Assembly: GCA_012295275.1 (NCBI GenBank)
Contig: CM022674.1
Location: 434,001 to 498,000 of the forward strand
DNA: 64,000 bases
DNA from: Chrysomallon squamiferum
Taxonomy: Eukaryota > Animalia > Mollusca
Direction of reading: 5' to 3'
In this document: in pieces, positions 42,493 to 64,000 of the stretch
How the letters are laid out: each line of letters opens with the position of its first letter
Numbering within the stretch: position 1 is the first letter of the stretch
Program-made: the position numbers and the translations under genes
The notes under the pieces: model-generated
Database searches by the model: none
Told to the model about the DNA's origin: nothing
What the model saw: the letters and a program-made list of their open reading frames with translations, nothing else

Positions 42493-45400
42493 TATATATG
42501 TCTGTATCGGTGAGTTACCTTTGTGACTCCCATCGTTTAACTGAGGCGTGTATTTTGAACATGACTTTATGTCGTTTTATGCAAAGTATCTATGCTATGA
42601 TGGACAAGGATGGGTGATTTTATAGCCTACAGTTAAGACTGTCATAATATAAAATTATATAATATATATTATATATATGTATATATATATATATATAGAT
42701 ATTTATCATATAAATAGTAGACAGCAATAATAACCTCTTCATTCTTGACTAGCGTAAAAATTAAATGCTTCTAAGTAAGGTGACAGCGTATAAACGTAAA
42801 TATTCGTTTGAACATTAAACTCACACGCAAATACATCCATTTACACACACACATATATATAAGAAAATACTGAGAAGAGATAGACTGCGAAGTTTTCAAG
42901 GCTGGAGCGCTCTAATAACATCAGTTTGTGAAAAATTTCAATGTTTTACTACTGTAAAGAAAATCAGATTGCGAGGTTTGAAACCTTTATGAAAATATTT
43001 TACGAGATTTTCAGTATTTTAACATTGCAAAGAGATACGTTATGTCTATTTTAAAAACTGGAATGAAATTTTAATGGAATTGTTTTTATTATATTTTTAT
43101 TATTATTCAATTTAAAACAAAAAATTTACGTAATTTCTTTAGTTTATTTTAAAAGAAGAAAGATGAGGAAAAAGGTTTTATTTAATTACGCGCCTATCAT
43201 GTTTTTTAAGCGTAGATTTTATCTGATTAAGGACCATCTACAGAGAATGACAAATGGAGTCACTTCTCATTTCAGCTGTCAGCAATGAAAATATTTTATA
43301 AAGCACCTTCCCATAAACAGCACGGAATATAACAATAACGATGTTGGGCCTGAACCACGATAACAGTTTTCTGATAACGATGATGATGATGATGACGGGG
43401 AGTCTAAAGTCAATGACACTGATACAAATGATGATGACGATGATGATGACGATGATCAAAACATTAATGACGATCACGACATTAATGTTGATCACGACAT
43501 TAATGCTGATGACTACATTAACGAAAATACTTGTTACGATAAAAGATAACCCTCGTGAAGATTATGATAATGAAAATGTTGAACTGACGACGACGTCAGC
43601 AACGTCTTTGGCGACACTGTTCTCGCTACCCTCCACCTTTAACAATGCACGACAATTGGAAAGCAGGGGGATATTTATGAAGCAGATAACCTTTTGGCTG
43701 TAAAACCTCGCGGGTATCACATTTATATGTAAACATTTCACTCTACGTTTTTAAAAAAAAAAAAAATCATTTGAATAAAAACGTTGTTGCACGCGACACT
43801 CTGCAGCGTGGGAAAACTACGCCTCTCAACTCAAGAGAGAAGACTACGTGGTTGCACTGTGACATCACCCGCTCGGCTAGCTGCAACCACGACGACACTC
43901 CAACGATATATATATATATATATACCTCCAGTCGCATTATTATTATTATTATTTCTGTTCTTTCTTCTTCTATTTTTTAATTTTTAATTTTTTGTTTAAA
44001 TTTTTTTTAAATTTTTTTGTTTTTTTTCTTTCCGTGCGGTCGTAAAAATTCCAGGGCACGTCGAGAGCGTGGGAACCGAGCGGTGCTCGCTAGGTCGCGT
44101 GCACGACGGTGGATGTAACCTCGAGACTCGGCTTTGTTCGTCCATGCAACTTTCTGCACAGTCGCTTCGCATCGGACGTTCCCGCACAGAGGCGTAATTT
44201 CACCTCATCGCGGCTCGGCGGTTAACCATTGTCAAGTGCCACAAAGAAACAGACGAAGTTTTCTAAAGCAGAATAATCGCGTTTTACCCGCGAATAGCTT
44301 CAGACTGATAAGCTATTGGTTGGAAATATTCGATCACAAACTGATGAAGTAAAGTTTCTTTTTTTTTGTTTGTTCTTTTTTTTTTTTTTTTAATCTTTTC
44401 TTGTCTTTCAATCTTTGTTGTTTTTTTTTTTTTTTTTTTCTTTCTTTCTTTAGTTATTATTATTATTATTTATTTTATGCTTTTTTCTTTATTTATTTTC
44501 TGTCTGTCTCTGTATTTCCTTAGTTCTTTTTTCTTTCTTTCTTTCTTAATTTGTTTGTTTGTTTATTTAATTATTTATTTATTTAGTTAGTTAGTTAGTT
44601 GTTTTACTATGCACTTGTTTCATATTTAAATTATTTGAAAATTGTATTTCATAAACACAGCAAAACCTCTACAGATCACAGATCGGGTTTAACAGACAGA
44701 CAATACCATTTGAATTACAAGTCGCTTAGATGCGAAGCAGGTTTTTGAATTCGCGTTAAACGGTCGAAGTTATTCGTCATTCATGCGTTGCTTTGACGTG
44801 GTCGCAACCCATTTTAACACGCTCCACCTGTTTCTTTGTCTTGTGCAAGCATGCACGTCACTTTTAGCATTTTAAATTAAACATTGCATATTAAAGTATA
44901 ACATTATTAAAATTATAACATCCGCGATGGAATGGACTCAACTTTCTTCTCATTATTCCGTTAAATGGAGGATATACTGTATTTCAATATGTACTTTAAA
45001 AAATGGGTTTGTAAAACTCGTTTTATGCTTAGGGTTATGCACAATAGCTATTGCATAAAGATAGTGTTATATATTTGAATAATTACACTGAAGCTATTGC
45101 ATAAGCAAAATTATTGTACACAGATAATAATCCACTGAACATGCACAATAATAAGCTTTACAACGAATATTTTATATTTCACGACACCGAGTAATACTAA
45201 AATGCAATGACTGCATAAAATTAATGTCAGGTATTTGAACAGATATAATATAAAAATGTACAAAAAACAGGTATTTTATGAAACAGTGTTTGTTTAAATA
45301 TCAACAGGGAGATGACACGTGATAAATGTAATGGAGTACATTTGAAACTGTAAACTGAAGATACTGCATAAGACATATTCATTGTTAAAAAGAAAATATA

Positions 45401-45664
45401 GTTGGTTTTTTACGCGAATTTGAAACTGCAATAAAAGAGGTGTGTCGGGAATGAAACAACGAATAATAAAAAGATGATCAACGAACAAGTGCAACAAATA
45501 ATGAGAAGAAAAAAAAAAAAAAAAAACACAGAAAAACCCGAAAGAAAAGTTAATAACGAAAAGTTTTCTACTGATCGTTCTGTTGAACAATGCCTGTCAG
45601 TGTCTAATATTTTAAAACTAATTATTTATTTAAAAATAGACACACAGATAGGTAAATAGATAGA

Positions 45665-45696
<32 letters not shown>

Positions 45697-48036
45697 ATTG
45701 TAATAATAATAGCAGTAATAGTAATTGTTGTAATAATAATAGCAGTAATAGTAATAGTTGTAATAGTAATAGCAGTAATAGTAGTAGTTGTAATAATAAC
45801 AGAAACGGTAGTAATAGCAGCAGTAGATGCTGTAGTAGTAGTAGTTGTAGTTTGTAGCTGTATTAGTTGTGTAGTAGTCTTAGTAGAAATAATATTAATA
45901 GTGGTACTAGTAGTAGTAGTAGTAGTAGTAGCAGTACTAGTAGTAGTAGTATCAGTAATAGTTGCAGTAGTAGTAGTGGTAGTGGTGGTGGTGGTGGTGG
46001 TGGTGGTGGTGGTGGTGGTGGTGGTGGTAGTGGTGGTGGTGGTGGTTGTGGTTGTAGTGGTACCAGTAGTAGCAGTAGAAGCAGTAATACAACACTGTAT
46101 ATCAAAATGGGTTGAACTTATCCTTTGATAACATGACGTAATTACATCATTAGTCAGCGAAATTCAGAGTTACGGGCCTTGGCTCTCAGCAGCCGCGTTC
46201 TACAAGTCATCAAATAACACGCAGGCAATACAGGATCATCTCTTCCTCACTGACCTTTAACCCCACCCCAACCCCGTTAACGCAAGCCCTGCTGTGTCGT
46301 AGCAGACACTCGGTGATTCCACCACCCCGCCCGTGTCGATGTTTTAACGGTGTAAACAGATAAATAATAATAAATGAAAAGCTGGCAAAGAAACCAAGTT
46401 TATCGCGGATTCGTTACGCACAGCAGATGTGCCGTTAATTATTGTTGTCGATATCCGCTGACAATAACATCACTTCAAAAAAAAATGCTTTTAATTGGTT
46501 TCTGGAAGTCTTTGTATTTTTGACAGTTAGCAGAAGATGATATATTAAAGTGAGTATATGGAAACACGAATGTATTAAACATATGATTATAAATATGTTA
46601 ATCCGCGTCTTTCAGTGGTGCAAAAGATTTACGTCCACGTTTTAAAGATATTGTCGCATCGACGCAGGGGAGATAATAAAACGGCAAATGATGTCATATT
46701 ACTGTTAGCGTAAATTATCTACGTTATTTTCTGCTGAACTGGATTTCAGCGTGGATTCCTAACTAAAAGCCTGTCATCCCGTGACTGGCGGAGAGTGACT
46801 GACGTAAAACATCGTGTTTTGACATAAAGAGTAAACTACGTCACTACCACCTTACGATAAACAGTCTGATTCATGGCGCTATCACACATTGAAAGGGATT
46901 ACAGCGTTCACAGAAATTATGTATGTGTGTGTGTGTGTCTGTGTGTGTGTGCGCGTATACATACAATTATATACTCACACATATATCGACTCTATATATT
47001 TAGTATGCCTGTCTATCTACGTATTTATTATTATTATTATTATTATTTTAATTTTTAATGCCCAACAATTGACAGGATTTTTTGATATGTGTGATGAGTT
47101 TTCCTACGTGTATGTGATGTCGTTAAGACATTAAACCAAAACGTAATAACGTTTTTTAAACTTTCACACAAACACACGGACAGATATATATACATACACA
47201 CACACATATACATACATAAATACATACATACAGATACACATACATGCATACAAACACACACACACGTGCATACATACATAAATACATACATACATACATA
47301 CATACATACCCACATTCACACACACGTAAAGATACAGACATACAGTTCAATTATTCTGGGTCACTGGAATGTCAAGTATTTAGAAACAACAAATATACTC
47401 TTAGGTCAACGAAGCCTTTTAATATTTCTTCTTTTATTTTTCTTTTCTTCTTCATCTTCTTCTTTGTTTCTTTCATCCTTTTTTTTTTTTTCTTTTTTTT
47501 TTTTATTATTTTCTTTTATTATTTGACAAAAGAAGAAGAAGAAAAAACTACGTCTCAACAGCGCTCTTCAAAGGGAGCAATTAACAATGATTGGAGGTGT
47601 TAAAGTTGAACTGTTTTTGTAAATCGGCTGTGATTATGTCACGCTGGGAGCTGAGAATGTTCAATTTACCGCCAGGACTGGGAGTGGAAGGTTAACCAAA
47701 GGGGCAGGCAGAAAACATTCACGTAAAGATTTGTCAAGGTCCATTTAAGTTCGCTAAACCTAGACAAAACGTATTTTTTTGAAAAAAAAAAAAAAAGAAG
47801 AAGAAGAAAGAAATAAAGAAGAAAGGTGTGTGTGTTAAGAACGAGAAATGAAGGCAGTCACCTCCTAACCTCGCTTTAAATTAGAGGCTGGTTAAAGCTG
47901 GTTTGTCATGCAATGCTCGCTGAATTCACACACAGTGTCGCCTGGGTGACGTTTGTGTAATCTGAAAACTGAGGTGTGAGAAAAACCAACAAAACAAATC
48001 ATACTGATAAATAATAGTAATAGATATCTCTCTCTC

Positions 48037-48095
<59 letters not shown>

Positions 48096-49169
48096 AACTC
48101 TCTCTTCTCTCTCTCTTCCTATACAGAAAAGAAACAGATTTTCTGTTTGAATTTCTTTCTTCTTTTACTTCATAAAGATTCAGTTTTTCCGTTATTATTA
48201 TTTTTGACCTCCTCCTGGTCTTTTATCTTATTATTATTATTATTGTTATTGTTATTATTATTGTTATTATTACTACTGCTACTACAGCTCTGTTACTACT
48301 ACTAACAATATTATTATTATTATTATTAACATCATCATTATTTCCTTATTTTATTTTATCTTATTTATTTATTTGTTTGTTTTTTATATTTTTAATTTTA
48401 TTTACTTATCTATTTATTTATCATATTTTTTTTTTTTTTTTACTTTTCTGTCACTTTGAACTGTGCTATGCACTCACGGATAACTCGACACAGCTTTATC
48501 TCCGACGTTCGCCTTTGTCGCCAGATTTTGATCTGGTCAGCAGGCGATGAATGCAACATTACATTCGGGGATCATCGTCCGCAGAGGTCAAAACAAACAA
48601 AGGACGGACGCAATGGGGGACATACGGAGATACGACTTCGAAAAAATCCCATTTGCAGATCACCACTGGGGGTAGACACACCTCTACAGGTTAAATTAAT
48701 AATGTATTTCAAACAGGACTTTACGTCTTTCGTTTTCTGTCTTTCTTTTTTTCTTTCCGTCCTTCTTTCTTTCTTTGTTTTCATTCTTTCTTGTCTTTCT
48801 TTCTTCATTACAGGTTTTAATTCTTTATCTATCGTTCTTTATTTACTTTAATTCATTTATTTATTTTATTTTATTTTACTGAAGATTGTGGTAACAGTTG
48901 TTTCAAGGTTTTCTGTTTGCGCCACATTCTACTGTTATTAATTTTAACCATTTCCTATAAAGTAAAAATCTCATGTCAAAAATATTTCCTTACTGTCCTT
49001 TGACTGATGAATAAAATGTGAAGATATATATATTTATGAACATACTCCTTCAACAATTATTATTATTATTAATGCTCCTACTCCTACTACAACTACTGTG
49101 ACAACTTTTACAACTACTATTCCTAGTAATTATAATAATAATAATAATAAATAGTAATAATAATAAGAA

Positions 49170-49520
49170 GGACAACAACAACAAAAATCTTACCTGATGA
49201 ATATAAAAACTCGAGAATAACTCTAACCCTGTTCATTAGTTTTATGCGCCGTATGAAGCAGTATTATGACGTCATAGCATTGTTGACGTCAAAGTATTAT
49301 TGACGCCACAGTTTTGACAACTCAATCAAAACAACACCAGTGTCACGTTGATCAAGTTGCAGTTCTCACTGTCAGCTGAAAACAAAACATCAGTGAGATG
49401 TCTGCAAATGACAAAGTAGGAAGATTTATTTATTTGTTTGTTTGTTTGTTTGTTTATTAGTTTATTTGTTTTTTGTTGTTACTGCTGCTGCTGCTGTTGT
49501 TACTATTAATGCTATTAGTG
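49170..49520 (-). repeat. Copy 2 of an inverted duplication (partner 38900-39285)
   Basis: Its reverse complement aligns with 39030-39280 with a few indels. Similarity extends into the flanking simple repeats. Confidence 0.92.
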
Positions 49521-50093
49521 GGAGTAGCAGGTGAAGTGATAGTAGTAGTAGTTTTAGTTGATGGGGAAATAGTAGCAATACTACTACTAATAATAGTAGA
49601 GGTAGTATTAGTAGTAGTAGTAGTAGTGGTGGTGTTGCTGTCGTGTTTAGTGTTTTGTGTTGTTTTTTATTTAGTGTTTTATTCTTTCCTTTTATTTTAT
49701 TTATTTAATTATTGTTATTTTATTTTATTTTATTTATTTTATTTATTTTATTTTATTTTTTATTTATTATTTTTTATTTTATTTTACTTTTAGAAATATA
49801 ATTTTTATATTAAATATGTCACTAACTATACACTAAATATTAGTCAGGTGTTTAGATATGTTTGATTAACGTCATGGAGTTGTATAAAACACGGAACTGA
49901 TTCCAAGAATTTGATTTTCAGCATGATATCATGTCGTTTAGCAAAGTGAGGGTGCGTGTATGTGTCGGCGCACAAACGTGTATATGTGTATGCGTGTGAA
50001 TGAGGATAAACATCACTGTGCTAGCGTGAATGTCTTGATTTATAAAACATATTTTAGTTTATGTAAATCAAAACCAAGCGACTATTAGATGCA

Positions 50094-50173
<80 letters not shown>

Positions 50174-50526
50174 ATTTTCAAGTTTGTTTGTGTAAAGTTA
50201 AAAAGTTGGAGTTTCCTTTACAACTTTTCTTTATTCACGATAAAATAATAAAAAATAATAATTTAATTTAATAATAATAATAATAATAATAATTTAATTT
50301 ATTAACAAATAAAATAAACAAATTTAATAAATAAATAAATAAATAAATCAAAAATAAATAAATAATAATAATAATAAAACATTGTTAAACTTAAGTAATT
50401 TATATTAGAGCTGATTTTCTCTATTCCGTTTATTAAAGCTTAGAAACTTTACTTACAAACATATAAAAATATGCTAAAGATGTTGTAACTGTTGCAAAGG
50501 TGACGTTAACGCAGTGTTTGAAGATA

Positions 50527-50626
50527 GCTGACACAAACCTACTACTGGAACAGAAAGCTGACACAAACCTACTACTGGAACAGAAAGTCTGAAACAAACC
50601 TACTAATGGAACAGAAAGTCTGAAAC
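50527..50626. repeat. 30-31-bp tandem repeat x ~3 (gctgacacaaacctactactggaacagaaa)
   Basis: Directly visible tandem units. Confidence 0.88.
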
Positions 50627-50820
50627 ACCGGTAAAGCGACTCCTAGCTTAGTGACGTAGTAGTGTACAGGACTAATTCAAGGGAAGTTACTCTCGGGAAT
50701 TTCCTTTAATAAGAAAAGATAATTTTGTCCCTTGAATACATACCTACCTACATGCATGCATACATGCATACATGCACATACCAGTAAAACACACACATAC
50801 AGACATACACTTCAGTTACT

Positions 50821-50910
50821 GTCTCGGTGGCCGAATGGTAACATCATCCGTCTTCCGACTGCGGGCGAATGGGTGTCATACGTTCGAGTCTCGTCAGCGC
50901 CATCTGGCGA
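50821..50910 (+). mobile_element. Degenerate tRNA-derived element (SINE head or tRNA pseudogene)
   Basis: A-box TGGCCGAATGG (50828-50838) and B-box GTTCGAGTC (50882-50890) lie at tRNA-like spacing. The acceptor and T stems do not pair, so it is not a functional tRNA. Confidence 0.5.
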
Positions 50911-51395
50911 ATTTTGTGAGGTCGTGATTGAATTTTGTCCTCCTTTCGCCAGTGCATTTGTGAATATTGTCTGTGTGCAGAGTCTATTCAGACGTACACA
51001 AGACAGAGAATATTCTTCACATCCTTAAATACATACATACATTATATACTTACACACACACATTCACATACACATACATACACATATAAATACTTATTAT
51101 ATATGTATTATTACACAATGAAAAAAAAACTTTTGACTGTTATTATTATTATTATCTTGGATTTATATAAGGTACGTCCAAAAGTATGTCTTTTTGTGTG
51201 CGTTATAAATTACCATTATGCGCCTGTGTGACTGCCTATTTATTTACTGAAGGAAGTGTGTGTACTTGGACTGGTAATAAATGTGTAAACACACAATACC
51301 GCTGTGCTTTTTGAAACTGGAGATAAAATATTTACAACAGAAAACAAAATAACTCAAAAGGATAACTTTTATTTCCCTTTAAAACAGCGCGATTT

Positions 51396-51457
<62 letters not shown>

Positions 51458-51479
51458 AAACAAGAATATAAAAATAAAT

Positions 51480-62354
<10,875 letters not shown>

Positions 62355-63190
62355 CTGTCAAACATGTCATTTTTACAGTAAGTTGATTAATCTGACAAAC
62401 ATATTGGTAATTTTTCTTCTTTTTTTTTGTTCTTGTTAGCATGTCTCATGCAGTCATATTTTTCGCAGTCAACTTTTACGTTTTCATTTATTTGTTTTGT
62501 TATTCAGTTGAAGTACTGACAAACACTGTACATAATAGTAATTATTATTTATAGAACAACAACAACAACATTATTATTATTATTAAAGTCGTTGTTATAA
62601 TATAGTCAAATTTTCTCGGGATTTTCTAGGATTTGTTCTTTTAACATTTGTAAAAAAATGACTAAAAAGGTTACATAGTTTAGCTTGTCAAATTACCTTT
62701 TTTTTTTTTTTTTTTTTTTTCTTTTTTTGTTCTTGTTTTTTGTTATTATTATTATTAATTTTTTTAAGTCGTCCACGACGCACCTAGAATTGGCTTAAAT
62801 AAAATATATATCTTAAGATATTAATTCAAATAATTTACAATATTTCTATACTTTTTTTTATTTCTTATTCATTTATTTCGATGATTTATTTATTTATTTC
62901 TGAATTATAATTAATATATTCGTTTTACTTTATAAATTTGTGATACCCTACTGAATACACTGTTCATTAGTTAACAAAATCCACGGAATTTTTTTGTTTT
63001 AATCTTTGGAAACATAATTCTAAGAAACATATCAAATATTCTCTTGCATGAATATAACAAAATATCTATCAGTTAAAAGCAGACTAGAATTTAGTGGCAG
63101 TTGGTTTTTCTTTTTAACTTCTTCAAATAGGATTTCCAAACTAAGATCTCTCAGACTAATGCTTCAAAATCATTATTGGAAGATAAAATA

Positions 63191-63228
63191 GGGGGGCAGT
63201 TGTCCAAGGGGCAATTGTCCTAGAATCC
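63191..63228 (+). mobile_element. Possible end of an invertebrate non-autonomous DNA element (GGGGGCAGTTGTCC...GGGGCAATTGTCCTAGAA)
   Basis: Duplicated GGGGCARTTGTCC motif ending in CTAG, in an otherwise AT-rich region. Family assignment is from recollection only. Confidence 0.25.
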
Positions 63229-64000
63229 TAATGCTTATCTAACAGTTTAAAGATATTTCATGCAACATAAATATTAATGAGTCCATAATACTTTTTTCTT
63301 TTTCTTAATTAACATTTTGAACGATTGTAAGATTGAATGAATGAATGTGTAATAACGTAACTCATTTTAAATTGCTTCTGTCTTTCATCAACAGCAAGAC
63401 ATTTTTTTTGTACTCATTCATGCTGACATTAAAATACAAAGGCTGTTATAGCCTTTGGAAAATGCCAGTTATAAAACTTCCACAGCATAAAAATTATGCA
63501 TCTCCTCAATATCATGATATCTGTATATGAAACACTTAATTAATGATGATGATGATGATACAGACACTAAATAAAAGAAATAAGCAAGAACACAAGACAT
63601 TTTCAACAAATTTACTAACAGAAACAAATTAATAATTAAAAACATTTCATCATTATAATGATATATATATAGATATATATCTTGTTCTTTTGTTCTTTAC
63701 AATGACATTAGAAAGATTGTTCCAAACATTCAGATTATATTTAATTTTGTAATACATAATACTACTGTCTTAAACAGTTAATTTTTTTTTTATTTGATCC
63801 TTAAGAAGAAAGCTTGCTGGGTAAGGTAAAATTAAAAAAAGAAAACTAACATTAGTTGTTGTTTTAGTTTTTAAAATCATTTATATCAGTATATAAAATT
63901 AGGAAAATAATATTAAATATATTTTTATATTTATTATTTTATTTTTTATTTTTTTATTGAGGGTTTTTTTTTTTTAGTTTGTTTTTTTTCCTTTTTTGGT

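Noticed and set aside
43341-43703. 120-aa ORF as a coding exon of the orphan-promoter transcript
   Set aside because: Mostly degenerate (GAT/GAC)n repeat with no domain or splice evidence.
50821-50900. Functional tRNA gene
   Set aside because: The acceptor and T stems do not pair and there is no clear anticodon arm. Kept only as a tRNA-derived relic.

Overview
AT-rich, microsatellite-dense animal genomic DNA, probably from a lophotrochozoan such as a mollusc (inference from composition and protein style). Two spliced protein-coding genes face each other tail-to-tail. (1) A complete 4-exon hairy/HES1-type bHLH-Orange-WRPW repressor on + (CDS 11705-11749, 12180-12272, 13848-13935, 15194-16284; 438 aa). 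It has a Su(H)/CSL-, E-box- and TCF-rich promoter and a long 3' region carrying K-box, Brd-box, miR-124 and miR-1 seed matches. (2) A GPI-type alkaline phosphatase on - with 9 confident exons (51480-57767) and two probable small 5' exons (61130-61174, 62297-62354); its start codon was not found. The ~35 kb between the genes has no credible protein ORF but contains many short GC-rich islands rich in CSL, HES, TCF and CRE motifs. The most unusual structures are an 88-bp tandem array that copies an ALP exon end plus its splice donor eight times, and a ~250-400 bp inverted duplication (39.0 kb / 49.3 kb) in which both copies keep splice signals and an ATG-to-donor mini-frame. Also notable are an orphan housekeeping-type promoter at 40.2-40.8 kb, a tRNA-like A/B-box element next to a CTCF-like motif near the ALP 3' end, and a 7x heptad Ser-Pro array in the HES tail. 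Nearly all other ORFs in the track are microsatellite artefacts.
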